Assembly: GCA_963814375.1 (NCBI GenBank)
Contig: CAWFCQ010000005.1
Location: 64,001 to 128,000, forward strand
DNA length: 64,000 nt
Reading direction: 5' to 3'
Source: an uncultured Chloroflexia bacterium
GTDB lineage: Bacteria; Chloroflexota; Limnocylindria; QHBO01
Shown here: positions 52,437 through 61,867 of the stretch, piece after piece
Layout: each line of letters begins with the position of its first letter
Position numbering within the stretch: position 1 is the stretch's first letter
Notes under the pieces: model-generated
What the model saw: only the letters and a program-made list of their open reading frames with translations
Told to the model about the DNA's origin: nothing
Databases searched by the model: none
Position numbers and translations under genes: made by a program

Positions 52437-52516
52437 GTAACTACTATGAAGGCTCTTATCGGTTACCAGCATGGTAGGCTTCGGCAGTAACCATGTCAAG
52501 GCTATGATATGGTTAC
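52437..52516. promoter_or_regulatory. Divergent promoter region with two GTAAC-N20-GTTAC sites
   Basis: Sites at 52437-52466 and 52487-52516; minus-strand TTGACA-17-TACCAT; plus-strand TATGAT at 52503. Confidence 0.75.
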
Positions 52517-52523
52517 ATCTGAG

Positions 52524-53171
52524 ATGACCGATCCGCACGAAGGCCGGCCCGAGCCCGCCCATCCGTCCGAGCTGTTCGTCGATTTCGCGAACCGCTCGCG
52601 GCTGTCCAGCTCGGAGCCTGCCGATCCCGCCCGGGAGCTCACGCGCCTGGCCGCGTGGCTGGCCGAGCAGTCACTGGTGACCGATGGAGCCTCGCGCGCT
52701 CGACTGAAGCCTGAGCTCCCCGCCTTCCGGGACCTGCGGGAGCTCATCCAGGACGTGGCGCAGCGGCTCGATGACGGCGCTCCCCCCACCCGCGCGCAGG
52801 TGGCCGCCATCAACGAGGTCATGCGCGAGGGCCTGCACTACCACGCGCTGCGGGCCGACGGTGCCGGCTCGCGCTTCACGATGACGCCGGTGGGCGACGA
52901 GCTCGACCAGGCGCGGTCGGCAATCGCCGGGTCGCTGGCGCACTATCTCGCCGAGCACGACCGTCGACGGCTGCGGGTGTGCGCCGACGGGACGTGCCGC
53001 TGGCTCTTCGTCGACCGCTCCCCCGGCGGGCGTCGCCGCTGGTGCGACATGCGCACCTGTGGCAATCGCGCCAAGGTCGCACGCCATCGCGCGCGGCAGA
53101 CCGCTGTAACTTCTCCTCAGCGGGACCGCGCCCGAAGGGTCAGGCGCCGATCGGGTGCCAGACCGTCTTGA
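52524..53171 (+). CDS. ABATE/CGNR zinc-finger putative transcriptional regulator
   Basis: VDFAN; C-x4-C-x-WLFVDRS...RRWCDMRTCGNRAKVARHR. Confidence 0.93.
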   Translation: MTDPHEGRPEPAHPSELFVDFANRSRLSSSEPADPARELTRLAAWLAEQSLVTDGASRARLKPELPAFRDLRELIQDVAQRLDDGAPPTRAQVAAINEVMREGLHYHALRADGAGSRFTMTPVGDELDQARSAIAGSLAHYLAEHDRRRLRVCADGTCRWLFVDRSPGGRRRWCDMRTCGNRAKVARHRARQTAVTSPQRDRARRVRRRSGARPS

Positions 53172-54129
53172 CCTCGACGAACTCGCCGATGAAGTACGGC
53201 GACTGCGCCTCGGGCGCGCGCCAGTCGTAGCGATCGAGCCCGGCGGCCGGCGGGCGCACGAAGCGCTTCACGTTCTCGACCGCGACCTCCTCGAGGGTGG
53301 CTGCCTCGTCCGGTGAGGCACCGAACGCGTCCAGCCCGTTGACGTCCATGTGGCCCGCCAGGTGCCCGACCAGCTCCTGCCGCAGCCCGGTCACCAGGTT
53401 GACGACGCCACCCGGCACGTCGGACGTCGCGAGGACTTCGGTCAGGGTCACCGCCGGGAGAGGCCGCCGCTCCGAAGCGATGACGACCGCGGCATTGCCG
53501 CTGACGACGGCCGGAGCGAGCCGGCTCACCAGGCCGAGCAGCGACGATGACTCGGGCGCGATGACTCCAACCACGCCGGTCGGCTCAGGGACGCTGAAGT
53601 TGAAATAGCTGCCGGACACCGGGTTGACCGTTCCGATCAGCTGGGTGTACTTGTCGGCCCACCCGGCGTACCACACCCAACGATCGATGGCCGCGTCGAC
53701 ATCCTTGGCTGCACGCGGCCGCGAGATGCCCTCGGCGGCGATCACCTCGGCCACGAACTGGTCGCGCCGGCCCTCCATCAGCTCCGCGATGCGGTACAGG
53801 ATCTGGCTGCGGTTGTACGCGGTCTTCCCGGCCCAGCCCGGCTGTGCCTTGCGAGCGGCCCGCACCGCCTCGCGGATGTCCTTGCGGGTTCCGCGCGACG
53901 CGTTGGCGAGCAGCTGGCCCTTCGCCCCGAAGATCTCGTACGCACGCCCGGACTCGGTGCGAGGGAAAGCGCCGCCGATGTAGAGCTTGTACGTCTTGCG
54001 CACCCCAATGCGTTCCCCGCGACCAGCCGAGCCGTTCGTCGTCGCCAGGGGCTGCGCCGACCGTTGATTGAGCACCGACGCTCCCTGAAGCCTGCCTCGC
54101 TTCGTCGCTGCTGGACGTCTTGCGGCCAT
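53140..54129 (-). CDS. Truncated aldehyde dehydrogenase-like protein (NAD-binding part only)
   Basis: KTYKLYIGGAFPRTESGR, WYAGWADK, EPTGVVG, KTVWHP; no ELGGK or catalytic Cys. Confidence 0.85.
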   Translation of the reverse strand: MAARRPAATKRGRLQGASVLNQRSAQPLATTNGSAGRGERIGVRKTYKLYIGGAFPRTESGRAYEIFGAKGQLLANASRGTRKDIREAVRAARKAQPGWAGKTAYNRSQILYRIAELMEGRRDQFVAEVIAAEGISRPRAAKDVDAAIDRWVWYAGWADKYTQLIGTVNPVSGSYFNFSVPEPTGVVGVIAPESSSLLGLVSRLAPAVVSGNAAVVIASERRPLPAVTLTEVLATSDVPGGVVNLVTGLRQELVGHLAGHMDVNGLDAFGASPDEAATLEEVAVENVKRFVRPPAAGLDRYDWRAPEAQSPYFIGEFVEVKTVWHPIGA

Positions 54130-54482
54130 CAGGAGGAACCCTCCTCGCCGTATTGCTTCGTATCGGATCGTTCGACGAGGAGTGCGTAGGCCGGTCCGGC
54201 ATCGGCGACCGGCCGATGGCGCTGACCCCGCGGGACGAGGAAGATCTCGCCCGGCGACAGATGCGCCGCCGCGCGGCCCTCGAGCTCGATCCGAAAGGCG
54301 CCGCGCCAGCAGAGGAACAGCTCGTCCTCGGCATGGTGGTGCCAGGCAAACTCGCCCTCGAGGCGTGCGAGCCGCAGTGTGGCTTCGTTCACCACCGCCA
54401 GGTCGATCGGCTTCCAGGGCTCCGTCAGCGCATCAGCCACTGCGTCGAGCGCGATCTCGCTGCCGGTATCCGGGACGATCAT
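54129..54482 (-). CDS. Cupin domain protein
   Basis: GEFAWHHHAEDELF...VPRGQRHRP; ATG at 54482 overlaps ALDH stop. Confidence 0.88.
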   Translation of the reverse strand: MIVPDTGSEIALDAVADALTEPWKPIDLAVVNEATLRLARLEGEFAWHHHAEDELFLCWRGAFRIELEGRAAAHLSPGEIFLVPRGQRHRPVADAGPAYALLVERSDTKQYGEEGSS

Positions 54483-56002
54483 CGGCCGCTTGATCCGTTG
54501 CCCGACAGGTCGAGATAGGCACCGAGGCCGTGGATGCCGCCCTCGCGGCCGTAGCCGGACTCCTTGTAGCCGCCGAACGGGCTGGTCGGGTCGAAGCGGT
54601 TGAAGGTGTTGGCCCACACCACTCCGGCGCGCATGGCCGAGACCATCTTGAAGATGCGGCTGCCCTTCTCGGTCCATACCCCGGCGGAGAGGCCGTAGGG
54701 CGTGTTGTTCGCCTTCTCGATCGCCTCGTCCGGCGTGCGGAAGGTGAGCACCGAGAGGACCGGCCCGAAGATCTCCTCCTGCGCGATCCGGTGGCTCTGG
54801 CTCACGCCGGTGAAGAGGGTGGGGCGGAAGAAGAAGCCCTTGTCGGGCAGCACACAGTCGGGCTGGAAGATCTCGGCGCCCTCGGCGATGCCCGACTCGA
54901 CCAGCTCCTGCACCTTCGCGAGCTGGCCGGCCGAGTTGATCGCCCCGACATCGGTGTTCTTGTCGAGCGGGTCGCCGACGCGCAGCGTGCCGAGGCGTGC
55001 CTTGAGCTTGTCGAGCAGTGGCTCGTACACCGACTCCTGCACGAAGAGGCGCGAGCCGGCGCAGCACACCTCGCCCTGGTTGAAGTAGATGCCGTTGATG
55101 ATGCCCTCGATGGCCTGGTCGAGCGGCGCGTCGTCGAAGACGATGTTCGCCGCCTTGCCGCCGAGCTCGAGCGTAACCTTCTTGCCCGTCCCCGCGAGGG
55201 CGCGCGCGATCATCTTGCCCACGGCCGTCGAGCCGGTGAACGCGACCTTGGCCACGTCGGGATGGGTGACGAGCTCCATCCCGATCTCGCCTGGCCCGGT
55301 GATGATGTTGACCACGCCCGGCGGCAGGTCGGCCTGGCGCACCACATCGGCGAAGAGGTAGGCGGTCAGCGGCGTTGTCGAGGCCGGCTTGAGGACGACG
55401 GTGTTGCCGGCGGCCAGTGCGGGAGCGATCTTCCAGGCCAGCATGAGCAGCGGGAAGTTCCACGGGATGACCTGGGCCGCGACGCCGAGGGAGCGGGGCT
55501 TGCGGTTCGGGAATGCGTACTCGAGCTTGTCCGCCCAGCCGGCGTAGTAGAAGAAGTGCGCCGCGGCGAGCGGCACGTCGACGTCACGCGACTCCTTGAT
55601 CGGCTTGCCGGAGTTCATCGACTCGACCACCGCGAACTCGCGGCTGCGCTCCTGGAGGATGCGCGCGATGCGGTAGAGGTACTTGGCGCGCTCTCGGCCC
55701 GGCAGCTTCGCCCACTCGGACCGATGCGCCTCGCGGGCGGCGGCGACCGCACGGTTGACGTCCGCCTTCGAGGCGTGCGCGACCTTGGCCAGTGGCTCCT
55801 CCGTCGCCGGGTTGATGACGGTGAACGTCTTGCGCGGCTTCGACGGGCGGAACTCGTTGCCGATGAAGAGGCCGTACTCGGGCTCGAGGTGGATGTGATC
55901 GGTCGCCTCGGGCGCCGGGGCGTACTCCCAGGGATGGTCTCCGGCGGCCAGGCCCCACGAGGCCGGGGCGGGGCGGCTCTCGGGCTTCTTGGTGAGCGTC
56001 AT
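54479..56002 (-). CDS. Aldehyde dehydrogenase
   Basis: PWNFP, FTGST, LELGGK, NQGEVCCAG, EEIFGP, PFGGYKESG. Confidence 0.95.
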   Translation of the reverse strand: MTLTKKPESRPAPASWGLAAGDHPWEYAPAPEATDHIHLEPEYGLFIGNEFRPSKPRKTFTVINPATEEPLAKVAHASKADVNRAVAAAREAHRSEWAKLPGRERAKYLYRIARILQERSREFAVVESMNSGKPIKESRDVDVPLAAAHFFYYAGWADKLEYAFPNRKPRSLGVAAQVIPWNFPLLMLAWKIAPALAAGNTVVLKPASTTPLTAYLFADVVRQADLPPGVVNIITGPGEIGMELVTHPDVAKVAFTGSTAVGKMIARALAGTGKKVTLELGGKAANIVFDDAPLDQAIEGIINGIYFNQGEVCCAGSRLFVQESVYEPLLDKLKARLGTLRVGDPLDKNTDVGAINSAGQLAKVQELVESGIAEGAEIFQPDCVLPDKGFFFRPTLFTGVSQSHRIAQEEIFGPVLSVLTFRTPDEAIEKANNTPYGLSAGVWTEKGSRIFKMVSAMRAGVVWANTFNRFDPTSPFGGYKESGYGREGGIHGLGAYLDLSGNGSSGR

Positions 56003-56028
56003 CGCGCTCGATTATCGCACCCGCCGCC

Positions 56029-56427
56029 CTACTCCACGGAGCCGAAGAGGGTGACGCCCTCGGCCCAGCGCACGCCGTTCGCCTCCTCGAGGCCTTCGAC
56101 GTCGTCGAGGTCGAGCCCCTCGACCGCCATGCGGGCGCCCCCGCACTGGGGCGGGAACGACTCGGCGATTGCGTCGCAGATGAGGACGGTTCCATCGGCT
56201 GCAACGAACAGCGCGCCGCTCACCGCGACCAGGTCGTCGGTCGGGCCGTGCGTGGCGCCATCGACGACGGAGAGGCCCGCTCCGTCGATCACGCCCCCAT
56301 CGGCGGCGACGACCAGCGTCCAATCGTCGTCCACGGCCGGTGGCGGCGCATCTGTCGGGTCATGAGGCAGCAGGCCGGCGCAGCCGGCGAGCAGCGAGGC
56401 AACGAGGAGGGAGGCGGTGAGACGCAT
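56029..56427 (-). CDS. Hypothetical lipoprotein
   Basis: Lipobox LAGC; C...ESFPPQC motif. Confidence 0.75.
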   Translation of the reverse strand: MRLTASLLVASLLAGCAGLLPHDPTDAPPPAVDDDWTLVVAADGGVIDGAGLSVVDGATHGPTDDLVAVSGALFVAADGTVLICDAIAESFPPQCGGARMAVEGLDLDDVEGLEEANGVRWAEGVTLFGSVE

Positions 56428-56463
56428 CGGCTCGGCAGGCTCCGTGAGGGTGTCGGTTGCCCC

Positions 56464-57102
56464 TCAAACGCTCCCCGACCCCGGATCGTTCCCCGGCAGG
56501 ACTCCCTCGAGATGAAGCAGGTAGCGCTTGCGCTCGAGGCCGCCGGTGTAACCGCCCAGCCCGCCGCCGGTATGGAGCACCCGATGGCAGGGCACGACGA
56601 TCGGCATCGGGTTCGAGCCCAACGCGTTGCCGGCGGCGCGGTACGCGTTCGGAGAGCCCGCCGCCACGGCGATCTCGCGATAGCTGGAGACGCTTCCGAA
56701 CGGGATGCGCGCCGCGGCGCGCAGGACCTCGGCGCGGAAGCCTGCCAGCAGGCGCCAGTCGATCGGCAGGTCGAAGCGACGGCGGCTCCCGGCGAAGTAC
56801 TCGTCGAGCTGGCGGCGGATCGTGTCAGTCCGCTCGGGGGCGGCCAGCACCCGTGGTGAGATCGTGGCGGCGAGCTCGTCGAGCTGAGCGTCGATCGGCT
56901 CCCCGGGGTACGAGAGGCGCACGAGGCCGCGGGGCGTCACGAACGCCGTCAGGGCTCCCAGGGGCGAGTCGAGGCTGCCGTAGGCGACGTCGAGGATGCC
57001 ATCGGCCGCCGCCCGTCGCGCGAGGGATTGGCGCAGCGCGGTGAGGTCGAGAGGCGCGCCCGTCGGCGGATCGCCGAGGCGGCGCTCGAGGTCGTCGGTC
57101 AT
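56464..57102 (-). CDS. ogt: Methylated-DNA--protein-cysteine methyltransferase
   Basis: IPFG..SY, RAAGNALGSNP, VPCHRV, GGYTGG. Confidence 0.93.
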   Translation of the reverse strand: MTDDLERRLGDPPTGAPLDLTALRQSLARRAAADGILDVAYGSLDSPLGALTAFVTPRGLVRLSYPGEPIDAQLDELAATISPRVLAAPERTDTIRRQLDEYFAGSRRRFDLPIDWRLLAGFRAEVLRAAARIPFGSVSSYREIAVAAGSPNAYRAAGNALGSNPMPIVVPCHRVLHTGGGLGGYTGGLERKRYLLHLEGVLPGNDPGSGSV

Positions 57103-57566
57103 GGCGCCACCTCCCTGCGCAGCCGCCGGAGCCCGGCGCTCACGTTCTGCCGGGCGGCCTCCTCGCTCGTGCCCATCCGAGCGCCGATCTCGGCGTAGGC
57201 GAGGTCGAGCACGAACCGATGCACGATCGCCGCCCGCTGCTTGGCGGGCAGCTCGCGCACCGTCGACCACAGCCCATCGTCCGCCGGCTCGGGCGATGCC
57301 GCGGCGACCGGGTCGATGGCGGCGAGGTCGCTCGTCGGGCGACGCGCGCGGCGACGGACGGCATCGGTGGCCTTGCGCTGGGCGATCGTGTACAGCCAGG
57401 CACGGAGGTTCTCAGCGTGGCGGATGCGCGGATAGGCGCGGAGCGCGGACATGAAGGTCTCCTGGAGGCAGTCGTCCGCCTCGGTCGGGCCCACGAGGCC
57501 CACGAGGAACCGATGCAGCTCGTGCGCGTGATCGTCGACGAGCGACTCGAACGGCGGCAGGTGCAC
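57099..57566 (-). CDS. ECF RNA polymerase sigma factor
   Basis: ADDCLQETF, RAWLYTIA (region 2); LPAKQRAAI..YAEIG (region 4); coupled to ogt. Confidence 0.9.
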   Translation of the reverse strand: MHLPPFESLVDDHAHELHRFLVGLVGPTEADDCLQETFMSALRAYPRIRHAENLRAWLYTIAQRKATDAVRRRARRPTSDLAAIDPVAAASPEPADDGLWSTVRELPAKQRAAIVHRFVLDLAYAEIGARMGTSEEAARQNVSAGLRRLRREVAP

Positions 57567-57613
57567 GCTGAGTGGAACGCCCTACGCCGGCTCGACGTGA
57601 GATCGGCCGGCCC

Positions 57614-58333
57614 TCACGTGGCGTCCGCCGCTCGCCGCAGAAGATCGTCGATCGCGGTCGGGTCGTCGGCGATGATGCGAGCCTCTCCGCCGCCGAATCC
57701 ATCCTCCACCCAGGCCGTCTCGATTCCCGGATTCTGGGCATTCGTTCCGTCCGGCGCGAAGAGGTGGGCGGACCCGCGCACTTCGTCGCCCGCGGCGACC
57801 GCCCAGTCGTCGAGCAGCTGCCGCCTCGCGCGGCCGTCGTCGAGCGCAGCGGCCAGGGCGGCGACATCCACGGAGTCCGCCTCGTTCGCCACCTCGAGGA
57901 TGACGTGGCGCAGGCTGATGCATCGGCTCTCGCCGAAGAATGCGCGCCGCAGGCCACGGTCGAGCGCCTCGGACGCTGCCAGCGACTGCTCCTTGGCGGC
58001 GATCACGGCCTCCATCGGCGGCAGCATCGTCACCGGCCACCCGTGATCGGGCGCCGCCCACGACTGCCAGCCGGCTCGAGGGGCCAGCCGCTCGGCCACC
58101 GGCCACTCGGCGTCGAAGCGCGCGCGCGGCGTCGGCTCGCTGTTGAAGAGCTCGAGCGGGAAAGCGTGATGATCGAAGGCGACGCGACTGTCCAGGCCGA
58201 GCCGGCGCCGTGAGTCGTGGAGCCGCCAGACCACCGCGTGCGACCACGCGCAGCCGATGTCGGACCACACGGCGATCGTGCCCGGCGCAGCCCCGACCAC
58301 CTCAGGTGTCGCCCAGCTGGTCCGGGTCGACAC
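57614..58333 (-). CDS. DsbA/FrnE-like thioredoxin-fold protein
   Basis: WSDIGCAWS, FPLELFN, LRRAFFGESRCIS, VRGSAH; start uncertain. Confidence 0.75.
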   Translation of the reverse strand: MSTRTSWATPEVVGAAPGTIAVWSDIGCAWSHAVVWRLHDSRRRLGLDSRVAFDHHAFPLELFNSEPTPRARFDAEWPVAERLAPRAGWQSWAAPDHGWPVTMLPPMEAVIAAKEQSLAASEALDRGLRRAFFGESRCISLRHVILEVANEADSVDVAALAAALDDGRARRQLLDDWAVAAGDEVRGSAHLFAPDGTNAQNPGIETAWVEDGFGGGEARIIADDPTAIDDLLRRAADAT

Positions 58334-59135
58334 GAACGTCGACGGCTCGATCGTCGAGCACGCTGACGTTGAGGTCGTTGTTGATCAGGATGTTGCCGGT
58401 CACCACCACGCCGTGGGCATCGGCATCGATGAGCACGCCCCAGTGCGCGTTGGTGATCGTGTTGCCCTCGACGCGCAGGTTCTCCGGCCCCGGATCGTGG
58501 AAGACGTGGATCGCGCCGCCCGACAGGCCGTCCGCGTCCAGCGTGCAGTCGCGCACAGTGAGGTCGCGCACCGGCCCCGGCCCGGGGTAGATGAGATGCT
58601 CGGTCCATCGGCCGGCGGGGGCGTCGCGATGGTTCCCGGTCATGGTGAGGCGCTCGAGCGTGATCCCCTCGGACGGGCCGTTGATGACGAGCACGCCCGT
58701 GTCGAGCGGCTCGTAGCCGGTGATCGTCATGTCGCGGATCGTGACGTTCGAGATCTGGTCGAGGATGAGGAACGATCCGGTGCCATCGCCGTCGAAGGTG
58801 GCGATCTCGCCCGGGTAGCCGGCGAAGACGATCTGCGCACCGGGCTCGCCGCTCGCCGCCCAGCCATCGCCACCCTGGCCGGTGTACCGGCCGCCCCGCG
58901 CCAGGAGCGTGTCGCCGGGGCCAAGGACGTCTGCCGCGTGGAACATCGAGCGCCACGGATCGTCGATCGCGCCGGTGCCCTCGTCCGATCCTTCGGGGGA
59001 GAGGTAGTACACCGTGCCCGTCCCGATCTCTCCGCTCTGCGCCGGCGCGGCCAGGGGCGCGGGAGCGGGCGGCACCGCGCACGAGGCCAGCAGCAGGATG
59101 ATCCCCACCAGTGGCAGCCTTGATGTGCGGGGCAC
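58302..59135 (-). CDS. Right-handed parallel beta-helix lipoprotein
   Basis: Lipobox LASC, YYLSPEGSD.GTG..DDPW, PGDTLLARGGRY, beta-helix repeats. Confidence 0.8.
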   Translation of the reverse strand: MPRTSRLPLVGIILLLASCAVPPAPAPLAAPAQSGEIGTGTVYYLSPEGSDEGTGAIDDPWRSMFHAADVLGPGDTLLARGGRYTGQGGDGWAASGEPGAQIVFAGYPGEIATFDGDGTGSFLILDQISNVTIRDMTITGYEPLDTGVLVINGPSEGITLERLTMTGNHRDAPAGRWTEHLIYPGPGPVRDLTVRDCTLDADGLSGGAIHVFHDPGPENLRVEGNTITNAHWGVLIDADAHGVVVTGNILINNDLNVSVLDDRAVDVRVDPDQLGDT

Positions 59136-59139
59136 CGAG

Positions 59140-60103
59140 TCAGTCCAGGGTGAAGTAGTCGGCGCCGGAGTAGCGGCCGGTGCGCTCCTTGCGGATCTGC
59201 ATCAGGACGTCGTTGAGGAGGCTCGATGCGCCGAACCGGAACCGGTCAGGCGTCATCCAGTCCGGCCCCAGCGTCTCGTACAGCGTCGTGAGGTAGGCGA
59301 TCGCCTCCTTCGAGGTGCGAATCCCGCCCGCCGGCTTCATCCCGACCGCTCGGCCGGTCTGGGCGTGGAAGTCGCGGATCGCCTCCAGCATCACGAGCGT
59401 CACCGGCAGCGTCGCCGCCGGCTGGACCTTGCCGGTCGATGTCTTGATGAAGTCGGCGCCGGCGGCCATGGCCAGCACCGATGCGCGCCGCACGTTGTCG
59501 TAGGTCTCGAGCTCGCCCGTCTCGAGGATCACCTTGAGGTGCGCGTCTCCACAGGCCTCCTTGACCGCGGTTATCTCGTCGTAGACCGATGCATAGTCGC
59601 CGGCCAGGAAGGCGCCGCGGTCGATCACCATGTCGATCTCGTTGGCGCCCATCTCGACCGCCGCGCGCACGTCGGCCAGCTTCACCTCCAAGCGGCGCCT
59701 GGCCGGACGGGAAGTAGGTCGCGACCGCTGCGACCTTCACCGACGAGCCGGCGAGCGCCTCGACCGCGACCGGGACCATGTTCGGGTAGACGCAGATGGC
59801 GGCGACGCTCGGGATCGAAGGATCGGTCGGGTCCGGGCGGCGTGCCTTCCCGCACAGGGCCCGCACCTTGCCCGGCGTGTCCTTCCCCTCGAGGGTGGTC
59901 AGGTCCATCATGCGGATGGCGAGGTCGAGCGCCCAGAGCTTCGCCTCGCGCTTGATCGAGCGCTTGGCGAGCGACGCGGCACGCTCCTCGATCCCGACCG
60001 CATCGACGGCCCAGACGCGGCCGAGGAGGCTGCCCAGGTGCTGGTGCCGCTTGGTGATGAGATCGCGGCGTGCGTTCGCGCGCGTCGGGCTCGTGGTCGT
60101 CAT
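59140..60103 (-). CDS. deoC: Deoxyribose-phosphate aldolase (frameshift near 59695)
   Basis: DLTTLEG, CVYP, FPSG then GANEIDMV, LKVILETGEL, FIKTSTGK, KPAGG, FRFGAS. Confidence 0.92.
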
Positions 60104-60150
60104 CGGCCGCTGATTGTACCGCCCGATCGGACTGCTACCCTTCGGAGCCG

Positions 60151-60522
60151 ATGGCCGCCGATCCGATCGTCTACTGCCTGACGCGTGACCGAGACCTCGC
60201 CGCCGGGCTCGACGAGGGCCTGGTCGGCGCGATCGCCTTCTTCTACAACGATGCGGCGCGGCTCCACCAGGCAGTCACGCTGCGCAGCCCGCACCTCGTG
60301 CTGGTGGACACCGGCGCCATTCGCGCCGAGTACGGCGATGCCGGGCTCGGGCCGGTGGTCGAGTTCGTGCGCGATCGAGCGGCCGGGGCGCGGATCCTGG
60401 TGCGACCGGCCGCCGGCGTCGATCGCCTCGTGGCCGCGGAGGCCGGCGCCGGCGTCGAGATCGTGCCCTCGGCCTCCGAGGGCTGCATCGCCGCCGTGGT
60501 CGGCGCATGCGCGAGCCCATGA
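60151..60522 (+). CDS. Hypothetical protein, degenerate receiver-like alpha/beta domain
   Basis: PHLVLVD segment; stop overlaps next ATG. Confidence 0.55.
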   Translation: MAADPIVYCLTRDRDLAAGLDEGLVGAIAFFYNDAARLHQAVTLRSPHLVLVDTGAIRAEYGDAGLGPVVEFVRDRAAGARILVRPAAGVDRLVAAEAGAGVEIVPSASEGCIAAVVGACASP

Positions 60523-60887
60523 CGCCGAGCGAGCTTCTCTCGGCTCACGCGGCCGACCGGGTCTGCCACCTCCAGACGATCGGGCGGACGTCGGGACGGC
60601 CGCGCACGATCGAGATCTGGTTCGCGACCGATGGCGCGCGGATCTACCTCCTCGCCGGCGGTGGCGATCGCGCGCACTGGGTCCGCAACCTGCGCGCGGA
60701 CCCGCGCGTGCGCGTGCGCATCGGCGGGAGAACGGTCGCAGGCGCGGCCCGAACGATCGAGGGAGAGGAGGCGGAGAGCCTCGCGCGTCGGCTGCTTGCC
60801 GCGAAGTACCAGGGCTGGGTGGAAGGGGCGCCGCTCAGCTCGTGGGCGGCAGGCTCCCTCCCGGTCGAGATCGCGCTCGACGACTGA
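60519..60887 (+). CDS. Deazaflavin (F420)-dependent nitroreductase family protein
   Basis: LQTIGRTSGRPRTIEIWF, WVRNLRADPRV. Confidence 0.88.
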   Translation: MTPSELLSAHAADRVCHLQTIGRTSGRPRTIEIWFATDGARIYLLAGGGDRAHWVRNLRADPRVRVRIGGRTVAGAARTIEGEEAESLARRLLAAKYQGWVEGAPLSSWAAGSLPVEIALDD

Positions 60888-60889
60888 GC

Positions 60890-61339
60890 TCAGTGCCCGG
60901 CGACGAGCGCCTCGGGCACGGCACAGGCGGGCTCCCCTCCCTCGTCGACCGGCTCGAGCGCCTGCGGGGCAGCCGGGATCAAGCCGATGCGGTCGATCGG
61001 CCAATAGCGATAGAGCGCGCGCCATTCGACGGCATCGGACGGCACGGCGCCGAAGGCACGCCCGTCGGTGCTGGCACTGGGGTTGTCGCCGCGGAGGCCG
61101 ATCTCGCCTCGGTCGAGGCGAGCCACGCGCTTGACGAGCTCGCGGCCCGGCGCTCGCGGATCGGCCGCCAGGACCACGTCGCCCCGCCGAGGCGGGACGC
61201 GTGCCACGAGCAGACGGTCTCCGGGGAGCAGCGTCGGGGCCATCGACCGGCCTCGAACCTCGACGACGTCCAGCCAGCGCCGGGCCGCCACGCCGACGAG
61301 GATCGCGATGAGCGCCCAGGTCACGCCGCTGGGGCGCAT
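60890..61339 (-). CDS. sodX: Nickel-type SOD maturation protease
   Basis: S26-like GRSMAPTL, LVKR, GDN..STDGR.FG; downstream of sodN. Confidence 0.88.
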   Translation of the reverse strand: MRPSGVTWALIAILVGVAARRWLDVVEVRGRSMAPTLLPGDRLLVARVPPRRGDVVLAADPRAPGRELVKRVARLDRGEIGLRGDNPSASTDGRAFGAVPSDAVEWRALYRYWPIDRIGLIPAAPQALEPVDEGGEPACAVPEALVAGH

Positions 61340-61346
61340 CGGTCCC

Positions 61347-61778
61347 TCAGGAGGGCCGGCCGTTCACGCGAGTCTTCTCGGGACCGCCGGTCGCCTTCCA
61401 CATCTCGTCGATCGAGTCGATCATGAGCAACAGCTCCTTGGCCGCGCCCGCATCGAGCGATTGCTTCACCTTCGAGGCCTGCTTCGTCGCCTTCCAGAAG
61501 GTCTCGTGGATCCCTGGGTGCTTCTCGAGGTGCTCCGGCTTGAAGTAGTCGTGCCACAGGACGTCGAGGTGGTGCTTCACGAGCTCGGCCCGCTCCTCCT
61601 TGACGTGGATGCAGCGTGCCCTGAAGAGCGGGTCGTCGCTGGCCTCGTATTTCTCGATGATGCGGAGGCAAGACTCCGCCTCTATGCGCGCCTGCTCCGG
61701 GTCGTAGACGCCGCACGGAATATCGCAGTGCGCGTCGACGATGCGGGTGGGGCGCAGGATGGTGCGCAGGGAAAGCAT
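61347..61778 (-). CDS. sodN: Nickel superoxide dismutase
   Basis: Ni-hook AHCDIPCGVYDP after a short leader, LWHDYFKP; GAGGAG RBS. Confidence 0.96.
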   Translation of the reverse strand: MLSLRTILRPTRIVDAHCDIPCGVYDPEQARIEAESCLRIIEKYEASDDPLFRARCIHVKEERAELVKHHLDVLWHDYFKPEHLEKHPGIHETFWKATKQASKVKQSLDAGAAKELLLMIDSIDEMWKATGGPEKTRVNGRPS

Positions 61779-61867
61779 CGGTCTCCTCTCAAGTGAGCGT
61801 TCGCTTGGTTGGCGTGGGTTCATCCTAAGCCTGTGCAAGCCGCGCGCCTGCGGGACCCGTGGGCAGG

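Noticed and set aside
60890-61778. sodN-sodX as a novelty
   Set aside because: Well-known pair with a canonical Ni-hook
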